A stretch of 63,841 bases of DNA, counting the filler, from Octopus bimaculoides (Eukaryota): NCBI RefSeq assembly GCF_001194135.2. It is 6 parts of 6 records of this genome, joined end to end, with 100 filler letters (N's around TTAATTAATTAA, not from the genome) between each part and the next. Parts side by side here need not be neighbours in the genome. Positions count along the whole stretch, not along the records: positions 23,140 to 35,229 come from NC_069002.1; positions 35,330 to 44,926 come from NC_068983.1; 4 more parts are not named here. One strand, given 5' to 3'. The notes beneath the pieces were generated by a model. It was given only the letters and a program-made list of their open reading frames with translations. It was not told where the DNA came from and did no database searches. Of this stretch, positions 25,661 through 38,150 are shown in pieces. A program made the position numbers and the translations under genes. Every line of letters begins with the position of its first letter. Positions within the stretch are counted from its first letter, which is position 1.

Positions 25661-25815
25661 TAGAAAAAAGGATGCGCTTTATTGCCCTTCCTAACGGTTA
25701 GAAGTTTCGTCAATGACTCGGTCAGACAACCGGAAAATATTTTAACCAGTTCCTCTAACTGACAGGTTTCGGAGAAAGGTCAGCAGAATACAATAACAAT
25801 AATAACAACAACAAC

Positions 25816-25853
<38 letters not shown>

Positions 25854-26604
25854 TCCTTTCTACTATAAGCGCAAGGCCTAGAATTTGTGGGAAGGGGGAT
25901 AATCGGTCACATCGTCCCCAGTACTTGACTGGTACTTATTTGATCGATGGGAATACTGTCACCGGGATCAACGAAATAACTTCGCTTTTAATAATCTGTA
26001 GGCTGTGATTCAGTGTGTCAGTGACGTCATTCATACAAATTTGTATCAAGAAAAAGGATGAAAACATTGAAAATCTTAACTCGGAAAAAGAAAAAAATTC
26101 TTAACCACCGCCTGTCTTCTTTTTGTGAAACGATTTTCTTAACAGGGTGTGGTTTTAATTTATGGCTATTCCAGTCGCTTACTAGCTGGGCTGATGAACT
26201 TAAGAGCTCCCTCGCACCCCTACTTTTTATTTGTCTTGTTTATTAGTTTATATAATCTTATTATTAGTATTTATTTGTTTGGCGCTCCTCTGTAGGAAAG
26301 GACAGGTTTGCCAACCCATTTCATACCATGAATACTAGGATTTACACAACCATTCCACTTCCATACTTTCTGGGGACGAACCAACGAGAAAAGCTTCTAT
26401 TTTTAGCAGGTCTTTAACTCGACCACTTAAAAAAATAGCAACCGAATCTCCCTCAAGTCAAATCACACCATACCATCTTGTAAAAGGAAGGACACATTTG
26501 ACGATGCAGTTGTAGATACTCATATAATGACAGGATGGCCACGATTGGAAGGCATTTGACTGACGATCAGGTGATCTGCTAGGTCAATGCTGACCTACCT
26601 GGCA

Positions 26605-26760
26605 GACTCGTTCGCACATTGGTCAAAATGCTTACCAAATTTTCATCCGGCTCTTAACGTTCTGAGTTCAATTGTACCATGCTCGACTTTGCCTTTATCG
26701 AAGAAGAGAAAACAACACAAGTCAAGTACTAGGATCGATATAATCCACCAACCCCACCCC
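26605..26760 (+). mobile_element. Diverged SINE family B
   Basis: ctggcagactcgttcgcac...aaatgctta...gttctgagttcaattg...ctcgactttgccttt. Confidence 0.65.
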
Positions 26761-26814
26761 ACTTAAATTTCAAGCCTTATGACTATAATAAAAAGGATTA
26801 TTATTATTATTATT

Positions 26815-27462
26815 GAGTGAGAAAGCAGTACATGCCATCAAAGTGACATTATTGTGACATTATTATTGTCTTCTCAGAACGTTCGGTTTTGTTTGCTCTG
26901 GTAGATTCTGTGAGGGCGGACAGCAACCTGCTGTCAGAGGTCTCACAGGGTCTTTTTTCCCCGCACATTATAAGCTTTGACACTTGGTTGTTAATTATCG
27001 TGGGAGACATTCAACATCCAAGTACCAATCTCAAAATCCTAGCTGTCCCCAGCAGAGCAGTTTTTCGGGGGGCTTGCTCTGCTCTCATGTTAATTCCGAT
27101 TTCTTTGACATGTTTCTCAAACTTCGTTATTAGTGCTCCGAGTGCCCCCTACAACTACTGGAATTACAGACATTCTCCTCATAGTCCACATTGTTGCAAT
27201 TTCGTCTTTTAGTAGTCTGTACTTTTCAATCTTTTCTACTGCTTTATAACTTATGCATGCATCTCCAGGTATTGCAATATCTACGATCTTCGTTTCCTTT
27301 TTACCTTTATCTACCGCAACAGTATCTGGTCTCCGAGCCTGGATTAGGCAATCACATTGGATTGTAAAATCCCACAGCATCTTATGTTCCTTGTTCTTAC
27401 TGACTCCTTCTGGTTCATGTTCGTACCATTTCCATGCTCTGTTCGGATCGTACTTTTCACAT
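26815..27462 (-). mobile_element. 5'-truncated R4/Dong-like RLE retrotransposon (restriction-like endonuclease C-terminus) ending in (TAA)6
   Basis: LWDFTIQCD..IQARRPDTVAVDKGKKETKIVDIAIPGD..EKIEKY..L..EI..MW...VIPVVVG...ALLGTARILR shows the PD-(D/E)xK motif of the R4 clade. The 3' end abuts the (ATT)6 at 26797-26814. Confidence 0.85.
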
Positions 27463-27464
27463 AG

Positions 27465-27590
27465 CCCCCAGTGGACGAACTTAGCTTAGCACTTATTCTA
27501 TCTGTTCTTTTGCCGAACTGCTTTGTTACAGGAACGTAAAACACATCAACACTGGTTGACAAGCAGTGGTGAGAAAGAAACACACATACA
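27465..27590 (-). mobile_element. SINE family A tail fragment
   Basis: cacttattctatctgttcttttgccgaactgc...acgtaaaacacatc...gttgacaagcagtgg. Confidence 0.7.
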
Positions 27591-28571
27591 CACACACACA
27601 TTACCTTTCTATGAAAGTCAAAGCCGGATCTGCTCGTTGAATATGAAAACGCTTTCGAAGATGTCACAAAGCCCTTATGCTATTAAGTCTCTTTTGATTA
27701 TTTTTTACAGGAAATTAGAGAAATAGGAAGCAAGGGTTATCTAAGTTTAGCACTTGGCTTGACCTTCGCCCGGAGCAAGAAAGTAAAATAAATTTCAAGT
27801 TCGAATAGTCACGGAAAAATTCTCCGTGTGGGCCATTTTCCCATAGCTGCCAGAATTCCGTGTGCTTGCGTGCGTTTGTTTGCGTGTGTGNNNNNNNNNN
27901 NNNNNNNNNNNNNNNNNNNNNNNNNNNNNNNNNNNNNNNNNNNNNNNNNNNNNNNNNNNNNNNNNNNNNNNNNNNNNNNNNNNNNNNNNNNNNNNNNNNN
28001 NNNNNNNNNNNNNNNNNNNNNNNNNNNNNNNNAGAGAGCCTGTGAGACAGAATGTGTGGGTGCATGAAGGGGAAGGGGAAAGAGTTTGTATGAGTGGATG
28101 AATTTATGAAAGGAAGAGTGAGTGTGTGAGAGAGAGAGAGAGAGGGGGGAGGGAGAAAAAGAAAGTGTGTGTGTGAAGAGGGAGCGAGAGGATAAGAGTG
28201 TGCGAGGGGGAGAGGACGGGAAGTGTGTATGAGAGGGAGAGGGATAGTGTGTGTGTGTGTGTGTGTACATTTGGTCCATCGCATTCCTCTGTCCATTGTC
28301 TTCAAATGACCTCCTCAGCGTTGACACTAAAATGTGCCAATATCTACCACATTGGTCTCACCAGTGTTGGTGAGTGAAGGGAAGAGGAGAATAAAGATTC
28401 TCCCTTTGAGAAAAACAATAAAAGCAGAAAAAGAAAAGAAAAGAAAAAAAAAGAATGTTGTCGATTACAATTTCTGTAAAACTGAAGTAGTGGAAGCCCG
28501 TTCCACAATAATTAGTGTGATATAATAAAGAACTCGACTTAATCAGGAAACGAAACCGGGATGTGAATAAT

Positions 28572-29070
28572 CTTTTCTACTCTAGGCACAAGGACTGAAA
28601 TTTTGGGGGAGGGGGCCAGTCGATTAGATCAACCCCTGTACGCAACTTGTCCTGAATTTATCGACGCCGAAAAGATAAAAGGCAAAGTCGACCTAGGCGG
28701 AATTTGAACTTAGGACATAATGGCAGACGAAATACCGCTATGCTTTTCGCCCAGCGTGCTAACGATTGTGCCAGCTCGCCTCCTTCAGGACGTGAATAAT
28801 ATCATTAATACAAGTTTAAAATTCTGGCACAGGGCCAGCAACTTTAGGGGAGGAGTAAGTCGGTGACATCGATCCCAGTATTCAATAATTGGTACTTATT
28901 TTATCGACCTCGACGGAATTTGAACTCAGAATGCGATAAGAATTTTGCCCTGTGCGATAACGATTCAACCAAGTTGCCGCTTAATAATTCTTTCTTCCAT
29001 AGGCGCAAGGCCTGAGTTTGGGGGGAAGAGCTACTCGATTACATCGGCCCCAGGACTTGACTGGTAGTAT
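28572..29070 (-). mobile_element. Cluster of three head-to-tail SINE family B copies (about 28572-28785, 28820-28985, 28990-29070)
   Basis: Repeated ggcacaagg/ggcgcaagg...gatcgacccc motifs with decreasing completeness. Confidence 0.8.
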
Positions 29071-29226
29071 TTTAGTACCAATCAAGCGGTCCAGCTTTGC
29101 TCATGGAGCGATTACCCATCCTGTCAATATATGTAAATATGCTTTTCACGCAGCTATAAGAGTTTAACTCTTATTTCTAGCAATAACTGGGCTTTTAGCA
29201 ACCACAATCCTAATTAGTGATGACCA

Positions 29227-29268
<42 letters not shown>

Positions 29269-31682
29269 NNNNNNNNNNNNNNNNNNNNNNNNNNNNNNNN
29301 NNNNNNNNNNNNNNNNNNNNNNNNNNNNNNNNNNNNNNNNNNNNNNNNNNNNNNNNNNNNNNNNNNNNNNNNNNNNNNNNNNNNNNNNNNNNNNNNNNNN
29401 NNNNNNNNNNNNNNNNNNNNNNNNNNNNNNNNNNNNNNNNNNNNNNNNNNNNNNNNNNNNNNNNNNNNNNNNNNNNNNNNNNNNNNNNNNNNNNNNNNNN
29501 NNNNNNNNNNNNNNNNNNNNNNNNNNNNNNNNNNNNNNNNNNNNNNNNNNNNNNNNNNNNNNNNNNNNNNNNNNNNNNNNNNNNNNNNNNNNNNNNNNNN
29601 NNNNNNNNNNNNNNNNNNNNNNNNNNNNNNNNNNNNNNNNNNNNNNNNNNNNNNNNNNNNNNNNNNNNNNNNNNNNNNNNNNNNNNNNNNNNNNNNNNNN
29701 NNNNNNNNNNNNNNNNNNNNNNNNNNNNNNNNNNNNNNNNNNNNNNNNNNNNNNNNNNNNNNNNNNNNNNNNNNNNNNNNNNNNNNNNNNNNNNNNNNNN
29801 NNNNNNNNNNNNNNNNNNNNCAGCGTAATTTGAACTCCAAACGTAATGGGAAGAGACAAAATACCGTTCTAACGACATTGCCTTTCCTTGAAACACATTA
29901 TTTATTAATTAACAAGTACACCTTCATTTTAAATATTTACACATTTATTCATAAACTATTTGATTTTCGGGGAGTGAATAGGTGTAATAGGTTTTCTGTT
30001 TTTTGTTGTTTTTTTTTCTGGGTGCGATGGCCCCCTATATTTAGGTGGAACGAAGAAGAGGGATTGTAATGACGTCCATGTATTTCTTAAAAGCAACAGT
30101 GACGTAATTGATATAAACTTGGGTCTAATGCAAATCTAGGTTGTAAGCTATATGAAAATTAAATGACAGGGTGTGGCCTATAATTTAAGTTATTTTAGTC
30201 TTTTTTTGGTGAATTAAAAATTTTTTGGCGAATTTAAAATGTTCCCTTTAAGCGCTCCTCTACTGGAAAGAAGGCGGAAAAGTTTGATTGTCAATACATT
30301 AAATTGGCAGGAAAAAATATAAATTTAAACTGGAATAAGTACCACAACATCTTCCACACCTTATGGGCGTGATGCTGGAACATCCGCTTTCCTTTTTCAC
30401 GTAAATAAGACAAAAATGATATATCATTCAGTCAAACATAACATATATATAAAAGAAAAAAAATATTAAGACATAGACACATACATAATACACACACACA
30501 GACACACACATGCATATGGATATATATATATATATATATGTATATATATCACACATTATATATATATATATATACATTATATATATATGTATGCATATAT
30601 ATATGCATATAATATATGCATATATATATGCATATATATNNNNNNNNNNATATATATATACATATATATGCAAATAAATAAATAAATATATATATATATG
30701 CTGCCCTACCGCTCTCTCCTCCTTCTACATGACCGGTGTCCGGTCAGCCATGATCTTTCTTGACCTGACTACCGACCGCCAATACCTCTTAAGCTTTCAC
30801 TTCATACGCGCAGTGGGAATGAACCCAAAACCATATGGTTGGTAAGCAAGCTACGTACCACACAGCCACTCCTGTTTAATAATAAATAAATTACTTATGT
30901 GCATTATTTTGAAGGATTTCTTTCGTATTTTGCATTAATGCAGGCATTGTAAGTAATTTATTTATTTTTAGATATAATAATATAAATTAATTAAATGTTT
31001 TTTTTTAAGTTATGAAACAGTTGAACACCCTTATAGACCCTGGAATCCAGGCAACTAACCCTAAGTCTCCTAGGGCCCGACACAGTATTTTCTGATATCA
31101 ATGTTCCTAATGCCTGTTTTTTTCTTCTTTTTTTTTCTTTACTTCTAAACGGTTAAGCAGTTAAAATAAAAGAAAGGTTGGATAGCTGAATAGCTGAAGC
31201 GACATACAAAAATCCTTTCCGTTGTCTACTTACGTGCCTTAAGATAAAGATTCTAAATTTCCATGAGATCGACTTTGCCTTTTACCCTTCATTCCAGAAG
31301 TCGATAATAAAGTACTGAAGTCCTGAGCGTAAAGAACCAAGCTTTCCTCTCTTAAAATGCGTGACCTTGTTTCAATGTTAGAAGCGGTTTATTATTGGAC
31401 GGTTATTGACTTTAATAGCAAAAGGTCTATTTTGTCGATAAAATAAAGTGATAATCAACAATTGTGGACCGTTATAATTGATTGCACCCTTACCTCTCCT
31501 CCATACCATCACAAATGTTTCACAGTGCTCTTGTAGTACTGTTTAACATTTATTGATTTTGATATTTTTTTTTTTACCGAGATACATCAAAATATCGATT
31601 ACTCTATCAAAATCGATTACTATCATATATCTCGGTAATGAAATTGAGGTAAATTTGAAAGTGTGTGTGTGTGTTTGTCTAT

Positions 31683-31725
<43 letters not shown>

Positions 31726-31767
31726 TATAAGTGTGTGTGTGTGTGTGTGTGTGTGTGTAGTTACACT

Positions 31768-32090
31768 AAACGAAGCCTTGGCTATATGGTTCAGAAGTTT
31801 GCTTCCCAATTGCAAGATCCCGAGTTCGATCTGAGTAGTATCTTTGACAAAGGTTAATTACTGAAGCTAGAGGAATCCGATGATTTCTATTTGAAACTAG
31901 GTAGATGGTAACTGTGCAGAAGCCCGTTGGATGGATTGTACCTGTAAGCTTAACGATTAAGTTATGTCACAAACTGCACCACATCGTTTCAACCTGAGGA
32001 TTATGCTGTGGAATACTCAGCCACTTACCCTCTAATTCAATAGGCTAATTCAGGTGATCGAATATCGTTGAAACCGACGGACATCCGTTC
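31768..32090 (+). mobile_element. Old SINE with an A-like head and a different (family D) tail; D tail also at 33585-33745
   Basis: Head ttggctatatggttcagaagtttgcttccc...gagttcgatc. The tail tgtggaatactcagccactt matches tgtggagtgctcagccactt at 33637. Confidence 0.6.
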
Positions 32091-33584
32091 ACATGAGTGC
32101 TTATGTAATAATTGATATCTCAGTTTCTTTTAGTCATTTTAAAGATTAAATTTTTCTGTTCTTCATTATATATTTATCGATTTTGTATCATAAATGAGCC
32201 ACTTCTAGTCTTGTTGGGGGCTACAATCATGTTAAAGAATGGATTAAACCAGATTGTTGATCCTTTTCCCTGGAACAGTAAAAATATGCAAGAATGTTAT
32301 CAAGTTCCAAATGTGAATTTGTCTATGTTAACTGCAACCCAAAGATGAAGCCTTGTCTTTGTTAGAAACTGGCTCCCACCTCAGTGGAAGATTTATAATA
32401 ATTAAAAAAAATAGATGAGACATATATACATACATATATATACATGCATATGTATACATACCGATATATGTGTACAAACATGCACGCACGCACATATACA
32501 CACATATGAGGGTACGTACGAGATTTTGCAGTTTCTGTCAGTCAGATTTCACTCGTTGGCATTGGTCAAACCGAAAATATTGTAGAACACAACCTTGCCC
32601 AAAGGGTTGAAGCAGAATGGTATCGATGTCGAACACGAAACTATAGGGCTAGGAAACGAATTTCTTAACCAAGAATTTCTTTACAACGGCACGGTTTCAT
32701 AAACGTTCCGATAAAGAAAAAAGCATGTTTTTTCTATTTTTTTTAAACTTTCTCATCTTCTTTTAACTCTTTCAAGGACAGACCAGCTGGCTGCATTCCA
32801 TACTTTTGACTTGCACAGAATCTATTGAAAGCCGCAGCTTGATAAATCTCTTTCTGCTCTCATTATATCATTTGATTCTCTGCTGAACGCGTTGACAGTT
32901 AAGATGGTTTATATTTTAAAATGTTCAATGTGGTTGTTTGTTATTCACAGTGATGCCAGCAGCTGTGGCTTTGTAAAGAATCACTCATTCACAATAGAAT
33001 TTACAGTTACAAATAGTTAATTGAGGAAGCCACCACGGAATAGCCTCGGCAGCTGTGAATTTGAAAGTATTAATTCATTTGGCTGCGGCTCTATTTATTA
33101 AATGGAATATTTACGTGTAAGAAGTATAGCTAGCAGCGATGAACTGTGAAAGAGTAAACTTTGGAGAGCTGTTCGATAATAATTCTAAACTTAGTGCAAG
33201 ACTTACGCATATTCTATTGGTTACAGTTTTGCACTCACAATCATAAGGTCGTAGGTTTGAATCCTGGTCAGGTTAGCACATTATGTTCTTGAGTGAAGCA
33301 ATTCGTTTTATGTTGCTTCAGTTTAAGTTGCAAAATCGCACTCTCATTTTCCTCCCTCCCTTCACCTCTCTTTCCTTTCTCCCCCCCCCCCCCCNNNNNN
33401 NNNNCTCCCCCCCCCCTCTCTCTCCAGATTTCACACTCCCAGATGTTTTACTGGATCAAACACAGGTTGTTCTAGAATGAATCTGCGTCGTTTCACGATT
33501 CACAATAAACACCCAAAGCAGCTCACGAAAAGAGGGTACGTGCTACCAAGAGACGCTCGCTTAACCCATCACCTACCTTGTGTC

Positions 33585-33852
33585 ACTCTGTGTCACGCTG
33601 AATGTCCCCGAGAGCTACGTTAAGGGTACACGTGTCTGTGGAGTGCTCAGCCACTTGCACGTTAATTTCACGAGCAGGCTGTTCCGTTGATCGGATCAAC
33701 TGGAACCCTCGACGTCGTAAGCGACCGAGTGCCAACAACAACAACGTACCACATGGTTCCGGGTTCAGTCCTACTGCGTGGCACCTTGGGCAAGTGTCTT
33801 CTACTATAGCCTCGGGCCGACCAAAGCCTTGTGAGTGGATTTGGTAGACGGA
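33585..33852 (+). mobile_element. Family D SINE tail ending in (CAA)n, followed by a family A head fragment
   Basis: gagtgctcagccacttgcacgttaatttcacgagc...gagtgccaacaacaacaac, then ccacatggttccgggttcagtcc. Confidence 0.7.
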
Positions 33853-35183
33853 ATATGAAAAATAAATTTCTCCAATATGAAAAAACAAATGTACGAACTA
33901 AACCTATCGAATCTAACCGTGCCAGCAGACATGCAATGCATGTTCCGGTAAACAGCCATGCGACTCTGAATCGATTACTTAAGAGGTAAAAATTACTTTC
34001 ACCAAAACAAAATAAATATCGTACATAAATAAGAAATAGGCAAGGTGGACGCTAAATTAAGATATGACTTGACAGTCAAACTCTTTTCTTCAGAAATATG
34101 ATAAAAAATATTTCAATTATATCGATTCCTAGAAAAAAACACAAAACTGCATTCAATATCAAATACAATATTTTTGAAAGACGTAAACCACATACAAGCG
34201 GTACGAAGTCTACATAGGGAAAAAAACTCACAAAAAAACTCACACTCAAGGAGCTCCACAAAACTACGGACTTTATAAATATCAGATCAGAGATCTGTAA
34301 AAAATGTCAACGCTCCGACGAGCATCTACAGAAGATTGAGACATTAGAAATGTAATTAAAAAAATTGTTTTACATTATTTTTCAAGCCATCAAGTTACAT
34401 AACTCACTCCCAACGATCGATATTAATATGCAAGAAATTTTCTTTAAACATGAGAATTCCATTTTTTATTTGTGTATCGCTAGTGATTACAAGTCAGTAC
34501 AATTTGAGTATGATATACAATGTATCCTTCGGTACCTGATTTAGCTCAGCCCATTCTACTGGCCCGTCTGAGGTAATTCCCTGAGCCCAGACTTCTTTTT
34601 AAATGTGCAATGTGTTTTGCTCTTTATTATGATTTGTATTCCTCCATGTAATAACGGAAACTCCTGTAAGGCTTAGTAATTCTACTTCAAAACAAGTCAC
34701 TGATATTTGAGATATTGGATGTATGTGTCATGGTTATGCTCTGATGATTAAGTTTTCTCTAAATAAGAGTGTAGGCGTGTATATATGCACGCATATGTGT
34801 ATGTATGTATGTATGTATGTATGTATGTATGCTTATACATACGTACTTACACATACACACACATGCATACACACACACATACTGACTAACTATAATGACT
34901 AACTAAAAAAAATATTTTTCCAAAATTCTGGGGACCTCCACTTTTCTCAATCTTCAATAGCTGTACACCGCGTCTAACACTACACACACACACACACACA
35001 CACATACATACATACATACATACTGAGATCCACCATTTAATACATACATACATATACATACGCACACAAGCATACACACACACGCAACGTGCGCGCATAC
35101 GTATATATACATACATATACATATACAAACATATACTTATATATGTATGTATACATATACATGCGTTTGTGTGTGTGTGTTTA

Positions 35184-35229
<46 letters not shown>

Positions 35230-35350
35230 NNNNNNNNNNNNNNNNNNNNNNNNNNNNNNNNNNNNNNNNNNNNTTAATTAATTAANNNNNNNNNNNNNNN
35301 NNNNNNNNNNNNNNNNNNNNNNNNNNNNNATATATATATATATATATACA

Positions 35351-36628
35351 CTAGCTGAATTACTCGATAATACCCGGAAGAGCGAGGATTATTTCCAGTT
35401 CCCGTTCCCAGTTCATTTCACTTTTAAATTACAAATAGATTTACAAATATTGGCAAGTGATACAGTTGAATCATAAAATTAATTGATTGTAATGGTAAGG
35501 TAATTGGTGGATGGTTGGAAGGATGAAAGGATTGACGATGTGCGACTATGAAATAATTGATTGATGGTTGATTATTATCATTTTTTGAGCGTCTTCCCTG
35601 TTGCTGTCATATTGTGAAATTTTAATATAAAATCAAAATTTTCAAATATGGTATATTGAAATAATTTTTCCCCGTTAAATCCGATTTTGTTATTTATTTG
35701 ATCCAGAAAAATTACAATCAATTTTACCTAATCAGAAAACAGGTTTTGGAAGCTGGCGTTTTCTGCATGATATATGTCTATCACAAATTGAAAGAATAAT
35801 CATTAGGAGGATGAACTTTTTTTAAATAAACGAAGGCAAAGCATTACGATGAAATAAGTTTTAATGAATAAAGTCAAGTGAAACGATCGAACAAACATGT
35901 AAATAATTTCAAAAGGACAAAGATAGTCAAGGAATTTTTTTGCAAAAAATTGCACAAATCTGTCCTGATCAAGAACCCTATCTGTCGGGGAAGGCATGGT
36001 GTGACATGGAATAAACAAAAATTTATATATATTGTAAAAATTTCCTGACAACGACGGGCTATTCATCTATGGCAGAAAATGAAAGACATTATCTATAGTT
36101 TTATTGTTTTAGCACGTTAGTAAAATTTTAATAATTTTAATACGGTGATTTGAAGCCAAATATAAAAACAATTTACCTTTCACTTATTAGTTTCACTTCT
36201 GTTGTTGGGCATATTGTAAAAGTTTTGAACGAGCATACGATGTTAATTCACTAAAGCGTATGCGTTAAGTAATAGGTAAAAATTAAAGGACAAACTAATA
36301 TTCGCTGTTCCCTTCAGTAAACACATTCTCTGTCCCTGTCTCTCAGTCTCTCTGTCTCTCACATTCCCTGTCTCTCTGCCTCATCCTGCCTGTCTCCTCC
36401 TCTTTCCTGATATCAGCCACCCTCATTATGCCACCACATTTCTCTCAACCTAACACTCTTTGTCCCTTTTCATTTTATCATATAATAGCCCAACCCCCGT
36501 AGGGGCCCATTATCAATTTATATTGAAATCCAATTAGCTTATAATTGAACTGGATGATAGTTTAACATGTATGCAAAATTTTGTGAAGATTGGTTCGCAA
36601 GATGGTAATAGACAGACAGACAGAAATT
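35351..36628 (-). mobile_element. Putative non-autonomous Helitron-like element
   Basis: The minus-strand end is ...ccgggtattatcgagtaattcagCTAG|T: CTAG, a T target base and a decayed hairpin just upstream. The far end has tgtatgcaaaattt...gattgg...(GACA)3, as seen near the 5' ends of non-autonomous Helitrons. No Rep/Hel coding sequence was recognised. Confidence 0.45.
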
Positions 36629-37907
36629 TCCATAAATAATGCGTTTTTTCATACCTCTTTTATTTTTCAAAATTAAGATAAACAAAGTTCTCTTTTAATC
36701 TAAAATATACTCCCCTTCATTTTCTACAATGCTCTTCCATCTATCTGGTAGACTTGCAAGGCCCTTCTTCTAAAATTCACTTATCCGTGACGAAAAATAC
36801 TCCACCAGTATTGTTCTGACCTTGTCTACAGAATTCATATTTTTTCCTTCCAAATGATTTTGAAGACTGCTGAATAAATGATAATCAGATGGGGTAATGT
36901 CCGGCGAATATGGTGGGTGGGTCATCATTTCCCATTCGTTTGAAATGTCAACCTTTGGAATGTCATCCTCACTGTATGTGGATGAGCATTATTGTGATGG
37001 AAGAACACCTTTTGTCTTGAAACCAAAGATGGTCGTTTTTCTTCAAGCGCTGGCTTCATGCGCTGCTCGCAGTAGTTCTCCTTTGTTATCGTTTGGTTTG
37101 GGTTTAAAAGTTTAAAGTGGACTAAACCTTTCATATCCCACCAAACAGATAACAACACTTTACGTGGGTGAAAACCTTCTTTAGCCTGGGGTGCCGCTGT
37201 TTCTCCTTTCCCTACCCACTCTCTTCGGCGTTTGTCATTTTTATAGAGAACCCATTTCTCGTCACCAGTCACTATTCGGTCCAAAAAAGGTTCATTCGTG
37301 AGACATGACAGCAAAGAAGAGCACACATTCACTCTCTGCGCGCGATTAGACTCAGAAAGTTTGAGGAACCCATTGACCCAATTTTCTGACTTTTCCGATG
37401 ACACGCAGGTGTCGATGAATGATTGAATGACAAAATCCAAGCTTCTCTGCAAGTTCCTCAACTGTTACAATGGGATTTTGTTCCACCAGGGTTTGCAGGA
37501 CGTCCTCGTCGAACTCTACATATCTTTCAGGACGAGGATCGTCTTCTGGCTGTAGTTTCCGGCTCGGAATTTATGGAACCACCGTTGACACTGGCTTACG
37601 CTTACTGTCTGATTCCCATATACTGCAATAATATTTTTCGCACTTTCTATTGCGTTGTTGCCTTTATTGAACTCACAAAGCAAAATATGGCGAATATGCT
37701 CCATTGTCACTCTTCGATTATAGCTTTGAAAAAATAACTGTTAAAATCAAGCTGTACTCTTAAAAGCTTGCACTAAGAGTAAGGCCAAGGTAAAATCACT
37801 ACCTACTCTTATGGCAAGTTGATGCAGGTAGTCTATCTCATCTCCCTTCGACTTTTAGTTCATGCAATTGAAAAAAAAAACTGCATTATTTATGGGATGG
37901 CCTAATA
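36629..37907 (-). mobile_element. Mariner (DD34D) DNA transposon, about 1.28 kb
   Basis: The right TIR, read on the minus strand, is tattaggccatcccataaataatgcagttttt. The left TIR is ccataaataatgcgttttttt and lacks its outer bases. The length is typical of mariner. Confidence 0.9.
36695..37710 (-). pseudogene. Mariner transposase, frameshifted
   Basis: EHIRHILLCEFNKG..A...I..VYG..VS..QCQRWF.KFR (HTH), then FLDRIVTGDEKWV, HPRKVLLSVWWD, FHHNNAHPH, HPPYSPDITPSDYHLF and LPDRWKSIVENEGEYILD*. Confidence 0.95.
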
Positions 37908-37999
37908 TCTATATCATATTATATTATATTATATTATATTATATTATATTATGTTATATTATATTATATTATGTTATGTTATACTTTATGTATGCATTA

Positions 38000-38150
38000 G
38001 TTACAGCTGGTAGAAAGTTACCATTGGTTTCACGTCTATTATTGCACTTGGTAATATAGGCGACTCATTAGATCGGAAGCACATAACTTCTCTATTAATT
38101 GAGGTAAAAAATACAGTATTGGTCAGCTTGGTTTTGGATAAAAACCCTGA
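38000..38150. repeat. Unclassified repeat with an inverted homolog at about 63720-63841; contains a hammerhead-like motif
   Basis: gcacttggtaatataggcgactcattagat versus the reverse complement of 63801-63830 (gcacttagcaatataggtgactcatcagat), plus downstream similarity. Confidence 0.7.

Noticed and set aside
25700-25735. Minus-strand ctgaccga-gtc-att-gac-gaaac hammerhead-like string
   Set aside because: It has an extra base in the core, a non-pairing stem III and a mismatch at the base of stem I, so it is too degenerate to call.
34060-34500. CKKC-containing fragment resembling an L1 zinc knuckle
   Set aside because: Only a short motif with stops and no RT remnant, which is insufficient support.
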